From Lophium mytilinum (taxonomy: Eukaryota), in assembly GCA_010093605.1 (NCBI GenBank), contig MU004185.1, positions 2,315,334 through 2,379,333 on the forward strand: a stretch of 64,000 nucleotides of DNA. The letters run 5' to 3'. How positions within the stretch are numbered: the first letter of the stretch is position 1; each line of letters opens with the position of its first letter. Both the position numbers and the translations under genes were made by a program. Below are positions 41,580-53,694 of the stretch, one piece after another. The notes under the pieces were generated by a model. The model had not been told where the DNA came from and did no database searches. It worked only from the letters and a program-made list of their open reading frames with translations.

Positions 41580-44500
41580 CGGGCGGTCTCCGGGCAGGCC
41601 CCTCAAAAAGGCCCCTTCGTCACGTGCTCGCTAGCTTATTTTATAAACAACACAAAATCTTTAAAATTAACACTGCCACGTCAGTAGCCCCCCACGTAAA
41701 AAATCACAACTCTACTAATATTCGTCGCAATTAGGATCTAACGCAATAGATTAATAGCTACGTGTCTACGCATTACAGCCAGCGCGTAGGGTTTAAATGG
41801 AAGTAAGAATGCGTTATTAATTAATAGCAGGGAACCGCGCACTTAACGCGCCCGTATAGGTGTATTTAACATAGAAATCCTTACTAATTTTATTAATTTT
41901 AACGTTAAACAGCTTCTCTCTCTTCTATCTTTATTTTCTATCTATTCTCTACGTGCGTAATGTCTAATCTATTATTAGATAATAAAGGAAGCCCTCTTTC
42001 TTTATATAAATCCTTAATTAAAAGGCCTCCTCTACTACCTTATATTATTCTATTACTATACTTAGCCTATATGCAGTCTTTCTATTAATAGCCTTCCTAT
42101 TTTATGCAGCCTTTATACCTGCGGCCTACTTAATTTACTTAATTATACGCTTATATAAACGGCCAGGCCTATAGCTATACGCCTAGCCGTAAAGAGAGGC
42201 TAATTCTAATTAAATTAACACCTCTCGCACCTACGTAGAGTATACTTTTATACCGGCCGAGTATCTAGAGCTCTAGTCCTATACCTTTTATAACTCTAGC
42301 CCCTATAAATTACACTAAAAGTAGTCTACTAGCGTATTCTACTAAGTTTCTATTACTTTTAGATTCTATTAAGTTATTACCTACTCGCCAAGAATATTAT
42401 ATATATATAACTTCTTACTACTATACTTCTACCGCCCTAGAATATTACTATATACTCTCTAATAAGCCCTAGCTTAATTTTAACCCTTTAACGCCCCCCG
42501 CGCCTCGCCCTTTATAGGTTCCAAGCCCCTAATTACACCCCTAATTAGTGCCTATTATTAAAGGGATAATTAATTAAATTCTAGCTTACTACCTCTATAA
42601 ACTAAAGAACGGTAAGGCGTATAAGACGCTAGATAAGGCTATTAAGAGGTACCTTAATTACTCCTTTTTTAAGGGGTTTTTAGGCGTATGTAATGGCGGC
42701 TTACTATAGAAAGATACTAAAAAATAGCATATTTATATTATTTATAAACACTATAGTAAAAATACTTAGAACTATTATAAGCTTACGGACTTTAAGAAGA
42801 AGGGGCCTAGTAGCAGGTAGAGAGAGGACACTATAGTATTATAATTTAACTACTTATAGGTAGTCTATATAGCCTATAAGAAGCTATATAAAAACCTAGA
42901 GGACTATATCTAGATTTCTATAGTTATATACCCTAATTACGTCCGTAAATACAGCGCGGTTCCGCACGCCGCGCACTTAATAATGCCTAATCTAATAGCC
43001 TATATTACTTACTAAGATCGCCAGCCTAAGGCTATTAAGGCCTATTACTATGCTATTAAGCTATGCCGCATAGAAGAGACTTATGCAACTACGGCGCGTT
43101 AACTAGGGCTCCGGGAATTAAAAATATCTAAAAAAAAGTACTATAATATAGCTTATAAGCTGTATACTCTTCTATATAACGCGCGTATAAAGTAGAACGC
43201 CCTCTCTATCTTAGAGCTATCTCTCTATAAAAACGGCTTTAAATATTGCTCTTGCTACTTCTATAAAGTTAACCCGCGCACTAGCTACTATATTACCCGT
43301 AATCTTAAGTAAGTAGTCTTCTAGCTACTAGGCTAGAAGAATTTTAGCAAGCGCTTTATTATAGACTACTGTTGTTAAATAGACGCTATATTTAATATAA
43401 ATAGGGTAAAGCTAAAGCTTAGCCTTATTACGGGCGTAATAAATACTAGATACTTCTTTCCGGCTATATAGTCTCTTATAAAGGAGGAGGATAAGGCCTT
43501 CTAGGCCTTTCTATTAGCCGTAGCTAATAGAAATATATAGTAAGAGAACCGCGGGCCTAAGGTAATTATAGCTAACTTTAGAAAGGGGCTAAGGGCTGCC
43601 CTTTTAGCGGGCAAGTTTATTAGTATTATTCTACAGCTTTATTAGTGGCATGCTGTAAAGGCAATAAAGAAGTATATTAATAATAGCGTTAATAAAGGTA
43701 AGAGCTATACCCAGCCTAAAAGGGAGGCAGCTAAGGCTATATTCTAGCTATATATTTAATCTAAGATGGAAGAAGAGCTTAAAAAAAATCGCTAAGCGGT
43801 TTTAGATTACCTCCTTAAAATTAATAAGCCCTGGTTCTAGAATATATACATAAAGAAAGAAGAGTACTTAATAACAGTCTATATCTAGTAAGTTTTAGAG
43901 CTTCTTTTATTATTATTTTAAATTTTTCTATTATTTTTATTATCTATATACTCCGCGCGTATTAAAGATAGGTATATTATAAGGATTTAGCGTATAGAGG
44001 CATACTTAGCACGCCTTCTATATTAATTCTATATATAGGCAGGTGCGAGCTTATATATAAGGCTCTATAGCCTACCTATTTTTGCCTATATACTCGCTAT
44101 AAACTAAAAATATATAAGAGTAGCCTATACACGGCCTGCGTATATTATATTACGCCGGCGTACCCATTATACTACCTACCTTATCTTATTTTCTTATTTA
44201 ACTTTATTAACTTATACCTTGCTAGAAAGCTTCTAAATTTTAGAGCTACCGGCTCTATACACTCTAAAGGTATAAATGGAGCCTTAAAGTACTTTATAAA
44301 CCCCCAGCTAAGCCTTAATAGATGCGTAAGAAAATTAAAAGAGTGGATTAATATTCTAGAACACTATTTAAGAGAGGAAGAATATTAGTATAAGACCGCC
44401 CTACCTAGGAAAATTACTCTTAATTATTACTAAATGTTCTTTACGTCTATTAATAGAAAGATTACTTACTTTGCGCTCCTCCGGGTATTTAATTTACTCC

Positions 44501-45844
44501 ATAAAGCTTACGCCTTGCCTTTTCTAGAGCGCACGCGGTATACTAATAAGGATTAGACTCCGTCTTATTATATATGCAATAACCTGCGTTAATTTAGCCT
44601 ACTATATATATATTACCTCCTGCGTGTAATTCTTATAGGCACGCCTATTCCCTTAGAATATATTTACCCCCGCTGGCGTATTATATTAGCCTATAAGGTT
44701 TAAAAGAATTAGTAGCTTTATTTTATAGAGGGTATAGTTCTCTATAGTAATTTAGTATTAGAATATATCCTTAAGCTTAATAAAATGCGAGACTTGGCCC
44801 TCTATATTATTAACGCCTGCGCAGGCCTTCTAGATAATAACGCGGCTAAGATTACTATATAAATTAAGGCCTTAGAGGCTAAGATTATAAAGTAATTAGA
44901 GAGAAAGGCTAAGCTCTATTAACTATAAAGTAATACAGAATTTACTATTATACTATTAAGGCTTTCTTAGCTATAATATAGAAAATAACACGGGTAGATA
45001 AATAAGCAGGCTTTAACTAGTGTAGAGGTTGCTAAGCGTTCTACTAACACTTATTTATAAAAAGAGGCTTAGACTAAGAGAAGAAGAACTCTATAGATTA
45101 ATACTAAGCTAATATATAACCTTATAAAATTTAACGCTAGTATTATAGAGAAGCTAAACAACATTAACAAGAGTAGCAGTAATAAGGATAAGGATAAGAA
45201 GGAGGAGGAGCCCGTGGAGCACGCCGAAAGGTATAAGGAAGAAGTAGGGGTGCTAGAGGAGGATATTAAAATTAATAAAAATATATTTCTTAGTAATCTA
45301 GATAATAAGAATATTACGCACGGTACGCCGCACGGAGATCTATACCTAAATTTACAGCTAATCCCGCCTCTACTAGCTTCTTAGCATGCTAAGAGTATAG
45401 GGCTACCGCTCTAGAACCCTATTTAACGTAACTATAAGCGTGTAAACGTTAGAGGCTTAGATAAGTTAATTCTTAATACTAAGCCTATTCTGGATAATAG
45501 TTCTAGTCCTTCTAGGAAGGCTAAGAGAGGTCGTCCTAAAGGGAGTAGAAAAAGAGGTAAAAAAAGAGGTGGAAAAACGGGTAGAAATTTAAAGCGCCCG
45601 GCATTATCCCAGGGACCTAATAAGGCCCTAGGAACAAAACGCGCCCGCAAAAATAATAATCTAATAGTATTTAATAAGGCTGCAATATAGTAGAAGAAAT
45701 GCGTAAAATTTAATAGAGTTATTAATTTTTTAGTATTATATATAAGGCCCGTAAGGCCTATAAGTATTATAATATTTATAAAATTTAGCTATATTAGCAT
45801 GTAATAAAGGGGCCTTTTTAAGGGGCCTGCCTAGAGACCGCCCG
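41580..45844 (+). mobile_element. Mutator-like element (MULE), RIP-mutated
   Basis: TIR CGGGCGGTCTCCGGGCAGGCCCCTCAAAAAGGCCCC mirrored at ~45809-45844; 9-bp TSD TGACAACTG / TAATAACTA; relic motifs DA.FN.NR.KL.L, PKVIIA.F.KGLRAA, LQL..WHAVKAIK, SWIM-like segment, AT-hook KRGRPKG. Confidence 0.9.
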
Positions 45845-46241
45845 TAATAACTAAAGACTAGACCCGTAAAAGATGCCGACTTATTACTATAGAAGGCCGG
45901 AGCATAGGTAGAACCTAAAATTATATTAAGTCTACTGCTTTAAGTAGTTAGTTTCTATAATATTTCTAGGTCGACACCGCAACGTATAAAGGGTGCGGCC
46001 GAGTGTATATTTACCTTATATAAGTATCTTACTAAAATCTATAATATAGCTCTATAATAACTATAACCGCATAATAAAAGTTCTTTTCTTAAGGAATATA
46101 ACAATTAGGCCTTTCTAAATATCTCTAACTTTTTAGGAACTTAATATCTTGTCGTGGTGCTAAAATACAGGTCTAAGAAGCTACTAATTTAGGGTTACTT
46201 TAATGTTCCTCGCCTCGCGTAGCTAGTAGAGATGTAAATAT

Positions 46242-46900
46242 GTGCGCCCCTAAATATTAATTAAAGAATATTACTAATTTTCGCTAATTATTGGCAATCG
46301 GGAACAAAATTAACTAATTATTTTAACATTGGCCAATGCTTAATTATTAGGCTAATTAGACTAGTTACTTAACGGGGGGGCAGCCCTCTATTTATTAAAC
46401 AGGGTTATATAAGCTAAGAATTACTAATAATTAAGGTTATACACGCCCCTGATTACTAATTAGAAGGGAATACAAGTTAATTGCCGAAATATTAAGGTTG
46501 TATAAGCCTCTAATTGCTAATTAGGAGGGAGTATAAGATTACCCTAATTTTGCAATTAGGAGGTGTTTCCCCCCCGTTCACTAATAAGGTAAAATTAGCT
46601 AATTATACCTCTAAGAAATAAGACGGCTAGTTCTTAAGATAGAAATTACCGCCTAAGGTAGCTATAAGTAGTATTAGAATATACCTCTATACTAGGTATT
46701 CTAAGTGTTTCTTAGATTTAGAAGGTAAATCTCCCCTCCCGATTAGCAATTAGGGGCTTATGCTACCCCCTGTTCGCCAATTATCCTAATTACCCCAATA
46801 ATCAAGCATTGGCCGATGTTAAAATAATTGGTCGATTTCGTTCCCAATTGCCAATAATCAGCGAAAATTGACAATAATCGTCGATTGGTGTTTGGGGGGG
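46242..46900. mobile_element. Non-autonomous TIR element (MITE-like, ~660 bp)
   Basis: ~115-bp inverted repeats (~46247-46360 vs ~46787-46900); candidate 9-bp TSD TGTAAATAT (46233-46241) / TGCAAATAT (46901-46909); no ORF. Confidence 0.8.
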
Positions 46901-47888
46901 TGCAAATATACACTCGGCGGCACCCTTTGTACGACGATCTCGAACTCAAGCGCGGTCCAGCTCTCGACTTCCCCGAGATCCTGGGTGAGGAGCACCGAAA
47001 ATCCACATGGACCGAGATCGGGAGGGGGTATAAAAATCATTCGCAGCGATATCCTCTCACAGAGGTCCTCGAAGAGTGCTTCCAGCAGCAGCACAAGCCG
47101 AGCGCCAGCACGAAAAAGGAAATTTCCAGGAGGTACAGTATACCGATTGACAAGATCAACGTATGTATCTCTAATCAGACGCTGTTAAAAAGCTGATATG
47201 TGCAGAACTGGTTCCAGAATCGCAGAGCAAAGGTGAAACAGGACTTGAGGAACCAAATGGTCAACTTCGATGGACTTTGGAAGCGGGTCTAAGTATTGTT
47301 TAGTTCATTGATCATATATAATAGACGAGGCAGGTCTCATTTCTCTGGTGCGTGGGTTTGGAGTATGCTATCATTGTCTCATGAGCTCTCTCTAGCGCGA
47401 GCTACTCTATTTGCTATCAGCTAACTCTTATTTATTTTACTGGATCACCTTCTCATAGAGCTAGGCTTGTCTGTTTTCGCGCTCGCCCATAGTGTGGTTT
47501 CTCCAACGTCAATGAAATGTAGCAAAATCTCCGCGGTGAATATAAAGCCGCTAATCACTCGGTGCTATCAGCAGAGAGGCATGTATGTCCCATTTCGACC
47601 GCGTAGTAGACCTTCTATGAATGGGTTACGGGAGGATTTTCTCTATGTGCTGCGGGGAACTGCGCGGCGGTAATATGCACGGTATCACGGCTGTACAGTA
47701 CATATCACTCGTGATATGCTAGGTCTACTATTACAGCTCGAATTCGCTGATTATGAGAACTCGCATAGTAATATAGTTGTTATGCACACGCTCCAAAGCG
47801 TTTTCTGACTCTGTATTGACACCTCTATCAATAAGTTAACTTTCAAGGAATCCGATGCGTTGCATCCGTTAATGATGAGAAATGGAGC

Positions 47889-49913
47889 TCAGATTTTGGG
47901 CTGCAATCTTTCCCAGCCGTTATTTCTTCTCATTCGATTTCCTGGACGCCTCAAACGCACTGGTGTCATAGTTGGTCGCTGGACTACTGTAGAAACTCGA
48001 TTCTCGTGGCTAGAGTTCCGGAGCATCGCAAAGGTGGTGCCATAGCCGACTACAAGAATCTTGAGAGAACTACCTGTGATCGCAACATCATCTACAATAC
48101 CCTGGAATAACTGCAGGAACATTTCCGCCCACCGCTCGTCATCTCTGTTCGCTTCAAAGAGATCTTGGGCTTCCACGACGACGAAGCACTTTGAGAGTCT
48201 GGTGAAGATTCCACGTAACAATTGTGCCCACTCTGCGTCTGTATGATCCGCCCCGATCTTTACAAAGTTTAGTTCGTGAAGATGGTTCTGCAGAAGAGTC
48301 GGTTGGTTTTGAAGTAATTGAAAGACTAGGCCTTTTAGGACCTCTGCTACTGTAGGAGGTCGGTCGTGGGAGCGCAGAGGTGCAATGTTCCAGATTACGT
48401 GGATGGACCTTTTCTGTAAAAATTTGACAACATCCGCGGCGAACTCTTTAGCTTTTGCTTCTGCGCGAGGGCCGACTTTGACCAGAAAAAGCGAAGATCC
48501 GTCGGTTGACATCCAATTTCCTAGAGCGGCTAAAAGGCTCGAAAGTTGCGTGGTTCGTGTGTTTCGAGTGTTTGACCGAGTAGCAATAGAGAGTACTTTG
48601 TAGAGTATTTCGTGTGGACAGGTCTTGGGTTTCAGGACGGACAGTATTTGAGAGAATTCGATCTCGTAAATACGAGGCTTCATGTGGGAAACATCAACGT
48701 GAATGCTCTCGGTGATAGCTTTATTACCTATAGGATTCCAGTCAGCATGACACCCTCGATAATTATGCGCGGTGCGGTGTAAGGTCATAGAGTGTATACA
48801 CCGTAATTTTATCATAAACTTACATGTAGCAACTTGCAGCACATTGATGACCGTCTCTTCAACTCTAACCTGCATTTCCTTCAGCTCTAGTTGCATAGCG
48901 TGTAGCTTTTCGTCTCTTTCCCTTGCCTCTTCGTCTCTTCTCCTTGCCTCTGTGTGTAGTATTTGCATAGTGATGTTCATGTCACGAACCTCCGCTCGGT
49001 TTCCGGAGGTGGCCACATCATCAACCGTTCTCGCACATAGTTTGATCTGTTCGACCGTGTCTTGGTATTCGAGTTTGTACGGCTTGAAGATTGCCGAGCG
49101 TATGCGTGCTGCAAGGCCACGCTTGTACCAGTTCACTGCTTTCTGCAGGAACAAGATGATGTGAGCGTATAGGCGGGATATTGCCGCTTGCATATCTTCA
49201 GTTTTGAAAAGCTCGGCGCTTAATTTGGTTTGACGTAATGCTTCGCCGATAATGGCAAGGGCCTGAGCGAATTCCTCGACTAATTCAGCGTAGACTATGA
49301 TACCCTGGGGAAGTGTTAGCGTATGGTAAAAAGGGCCTAATATAAGTGTACATATGTAATCACAGCCCCATCAATTTTCGTGTAAAGAGGCGTGGGACGG
49401 AAATACATACAACGTACCTGAAGAACGAACTTGACTGAGCCCCAGGCCAGGCATAGATATTCCGGGTGGTGCTGGGCTAGGACGTCCAAAACATTACTGT
49501 AGTATAGTATTGTTCCAGAAAATCTCTGAAGCCATTTCATAACCCCAGTCCTCTTCTCCCTTTTCGTGTCGTAACGCTGCTTTATATCCTCCATGACATC
49601 TACCACATCTTTCATGCAAGTGTTTCCATCCAGTATCTCGCTGGCCTTCCCCGGGAGCTCCGTTTCGACGAATTTCTTTGCCTCATCGTAGGCTTCCTGG
49701 GCTATATCCTTCCTAGAGGTGGCATTCTGTATTAGCGCATGCTTTCGTGAAAGGGCGGAACTGCCCGTGCTCAGATGTAGCGCAGAACAGGTACACACAG
49801 CCTTCAACAAGGGTTTTTACGTACTTCGGAACGGAACAAGGTCTGTACGAGGATCTTATGAAGCATCTATTCGTGACAGCAGCGATGCCGTCTTCTGAGG
49901 TAGGGACGGGCAT
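47889..49913 (-). CDS. DUF7708-like helical N-terminus plus degenerate NACHT-like P-loop domain, no C-terminal sensor repeats
   Basis: YSNVLDVLAQHHPEYLCLAWGSVKFVL, LYAHIILFLQKAVNWY, coiled coil, WMSTDGSSLFLV, VLKGLVFQLLQ, CFVVVE; start (49913 or 49866) uncertain. Confidence 0.75.
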
Positions 49914-50353
49914 GGCGACAGGTTTGGACGTGTTGGCCGAGAGTGCTTGGAGTATTTAGGGGCACTGCCCGGCCGGAAGGAAACACGAAACATGAGAGTT
50001 GTTCTCATAGTAAGGGCTGGGCAGTGGTGGGGAGAGTTGAGGCGAAGCTGGCAGGCTGGTTCTGCACCCACCTGGCCACCGAGGCAGACTTCAGCCTCGT
50101 GGAAAAAGAAAACATGCCAAGCAGTATCCTGGGGCACATTGCATTTGGGGGCCAAAGTCGTTGCCCAAGGCAAACCTCAGCCTTGGCCATGCTTATATCT
50201 CAGCTTTTTCTTTCACAACGACAACGGTCGAGTCTGTCGTCTTCTACAATCATTCACTGTCTCTTTTCAAAATTGTAGAAAACAAGGATTTCAGATTCAG
50301 AGATATCAGTTCAATGACGATAAAAATCCGACGATCTCAAGAAGACTCGTAGA

Positions 50354-52662
50354 ATGAATCCATCCTTGGGATCCAGCGCGAATGCATCCACGAGTCAGCC
50401 GAGGAAACGAGACCGAGAAGAATGGAGCAACGGGACGACCCCCAGTGTGGAAGAGCCTCAAGAAATACTTCGTAATGTCCAGGATGCAGATGTCAAAGGA
50501 AGAACTACAAAACGCGCCCGTAACTCTCCAAATCCAGTTCCATTTTCTCCGAAGGGTCCTCGAAAATATATAATCGCTCATCTAGTTGAATGCGATCGCG
50601 AAGGAAACCATAAAGACCATGCCTCTCGGGCAACTTATCTGGACACTCCACGACTATATGCTGGAGATAGCAAAGCCAGCGTTCTTCGTGGTAAGAAGTT
50701 CATCGCCGAAGACGGGCTCCATACCGATCTACTCGAAGAGCGCGGCATCCACTTTGTTGTCTACAGGAATTACGACTGCAGAAATTATCACGAACATGTC
50801 AAAGACGACTTCAATCCGCTTCCACTGCCGCAAATAAAACGGGAAGTTCTGGCAGGCCTGAAAGCCCACTTTTTTGATCTCCCAAAAGATGGCGACGATG
50901 CTGTGGCCCGATGGGAGAACATTGGAAGCCTTTCGATAACTCTACAGCAAACGCTTGAAACCATCAGATATCCTGGACAACTCAAGCTCGAAGCTCCTTA
51001 CACAGCCTTTTATCATGGGCGATCTCTTCTTGCAGACCACGCGTCTGGTCGCTCTGGTATCTTGGAGCCTTTACATCAGGACCACCTGCAGTCGCTTCTG
51101 GACTACGTACTGGGTTTTTGCGCGGATGACTACAAAGCTGCAGATGTGCTTTTTGCGATGGGACTAGTTGATAAGCAGCATTTCCAGAAACTCTTTCCAC
51201 CAAACGAAGTTCTTGTCGACGCTAAGGATCCGCAACCGTTAGCATACAGTACCATCGACTGCGCACAAAATCATCCCCTCGAGCTTCTTTTGACCGTTTG
51301 GAACTGGCAGTATGACGGCCTCTTCCGACAAAAGAATAGTCTACTCACAGTGACTTGGCCGTCCTATGATGGTCAGATCCCAATATCAGCATTACCGGTA
51401 TATCCGCTACGGTATGATACCACCGGATTAAAAGAGAGACTGATCGAGCGAGGTCAAATGTTTTGGGAATGTCGCAAGCGGAAGTTCGTTAGCTATGAAT
51501 CTTCAAATTCTGCGTTGGAGCTACAAACGGTAAGCGCCTCAGCTCCCCAATAAAACTGGCTACTAACCCGAAAACTGAAGAGCAACCCGAGATACATGAT
51601 AGACATCGCCACTTACAGGCAGCTGCATCTTGACGCGTTTTCTTCCCCGCAGAACGATGAGACAGAGCTCGACGCCACGGACCTTGAAGAACCGCCCGAA
51701 GGCCCTTTCCTTTTGCTTCTGCCCGCTACTATTCGTGGTTACGGATTCCATGACAAAAAGTGGAGTAAGGAACGCTCTCGACCGAAAAGTGACAAAGACT
51801 GATGAAAGCAGAGATGCTCTCCTTGGAGCATATTCGAGAAGTCGTCTGGAACAAAGAAGCTTTCGAACGCCGACTAGTGCTGAAATCCCAGAAGAAAGAG
51901 CTGATCAAGGCCCTTATATCTGTTCATATAGCCGTCAATGGCTCATATACCAGTGATATCATTGAGGGAAAGGGAAAGGGCTTGATCATCATGCTCCACG
52001 GCGGGCCCGGTACCGGGAAGACTTTGACGGCCGAAAGCGTAGCGGAGCTCGCCGAAAAGCCGCTTTACAAAGTCACCTGTGGGGATATCGGCACAGACCC
52101 CGAGGGTGTGGAGAAGTACCTCGAGTCTGTTCTCTATATCGGAACTATCTGGGGCTGTGTCGTTCTTCTGGACGAAGCCGACGTCTTTCTGGAAGAACGC
52201 GTTCCGACTGATCTTCAGCGAAATGCTCTCGTGTCCGTTTTTCTTCGCGTCCTGGAGTACTACGATGGCATTCTCATCTTGACGTCGAACCGAATCGGCA
52301 CGTTCGACGAAGCATTCAAATCGAGAGTGCAGTTGGCGATGCACTACCCATCTTTGGACCGGGATGGACGGTGGCAGATATGGAGCAACTTCCTTAAATC
52401 TATGGTACGAGAGGGAGAGAATGTCAATATCGACGAAGTCGGAGATAAACTTGATCTTTTAGCACGGTATGAGCTGAACGGTCGACAAATCAGGAATACC
52501 GTGAATACTGCGAGGCAGTTGGCACGCTATAAGAAGGAGACGCTTGCATACGCGCACTTTGAAACTGCGATAGATGTTACGAATGAGTTTGAGGAGTACA
52601 TCACTAAAGCTCGAGGACATACAGACGAGGAAAACGCGCGGATGCAAGGGCACAGGCACTGA
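50354..52662 (+). CDS. Fungal AAA+ ATPase with DUF7025-like N-terminal region, 3 exons
   Basis: LIERGQMFW, RYMID, GYGFHDKKW, DIIEGKGKGLIIMLHGGPGTGKTLTAE (Walker A), VVLLDEAD (Walker B), FDEAFKSR, LNGRQIRN. Confidence 0.93.
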
Positions 52663-52698
52663 ACATGACGATTCCTACACTTTCCAGCAACCAGTATA

Positions 52699-53694
52699 TC
52701 AATTATAACCGCTGAACTTGCACGATCGTCTCTTGTGCCGCTTCAGATGCTCGAATTCTGCAAAGGACCGTATGCAAATGTCGCATACATGAGGCCTAGG
52801 TTTGTGGAGTTTCGGGGGCGGGTATAGTTGGGTAGTGTTTTGGGAGCCTGTAGCGTTCCCTGGTTTGGATGGGACATGCTCCCATGCAAGTTGATTTGGA
52901 ACGACACTCCAGTCATACTCCTTTGCTAAATCCTTCCAAACTACATCATCTATCATTCTAGATCTTGTTGATGTATAAATCGATTGAATTAGACAAGCGT
53001 GGCTCTCGGACACAGGGATGGTCGATAAAATTATATCTGTAGTGCTCGATGCACGAGTTGCAAGGTGTTCCGGCGTCGCACTACTCTAATTTTAGTTCCT
53101 GAGGCCTGGAAAAAATGTTGCTTAGAGAACCGACAGCTACTTTCCGAATTCTACAGTTACTGCAAGCTCTCACTACGAGACTGTCAGTGATGGTTTTGCG
53201 GAGTAGTACCGAAACCACTTACAGCTACGCATCGAGAAAGCACCCATTCGCTGGGCAGAGATCCACCCGGGCGATAGGAACGGAACGAAAGGAGAATCCT
53301 CTCGCACACGCTTTCGTCCTTTCGTCAACTCCAACTTCCGAGGCTTAATAGCCATCCACTCGTCCGTGCTGTCCCGAGATGGTAAAGCCGAATCGGTAGC
53401 CACGCTAGTTACGCAGGTGCGCCGGTTCTCAAGAGCAGATAGTCGACATTTATAGCGGACGTGATCTCCGGTCGTCATGTCCTGGGAGATCGTGTACTTC
53501 GTAAATAAACTAGAAGGCCTTCGACCATGCTCTTCAACCATAACCTTGTGATTTCCCACTGAAAGTCGCCTGCTTCTAAGGCTTGCCGTTTTTATTGGTC
53601 CAGTGGTCCCCTCGTTGTTTTTCTCTACCTCCTTTCGCACGTCCTTAGCATCGTCGTCGTCACCGGGGCCTTTGAGCAGAAGTGAGATGTCCAT
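52699..53694 (-). CDS. Small Zn(II)2Cys6 transcription-factor-like gene followed by an out-of-frame C2H2-type finger (possible pseudogene)
   Basis: Spliced RACSNCRIRKVA|CDAGTPCNSCIEHYRYNFIDHPC (introns ~53222-53173 and 53134-53081), stop at 52960-52958; next frame KPRPHVCDICIRSFAEFEHLKRHKRRSC. Confidence 0.7.

Larger units (their letters stand above)
40385..47292 (+). pseudogene. Homeodomain-containing gene disrupted by two transposon insertions
   Basis: 5' ORF runs to ..ISQDMTT at the MULE TSD and resumes in frame after it; removing the second insert restores VEMQIYTRRHPLYDD; ends VLEECFQQQHKPSASTKKEISRRYSIPIDKIN|intron 47161-47205|NWFQNRRAKVKQD; start codon uncertain. Confidence 0.75.
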
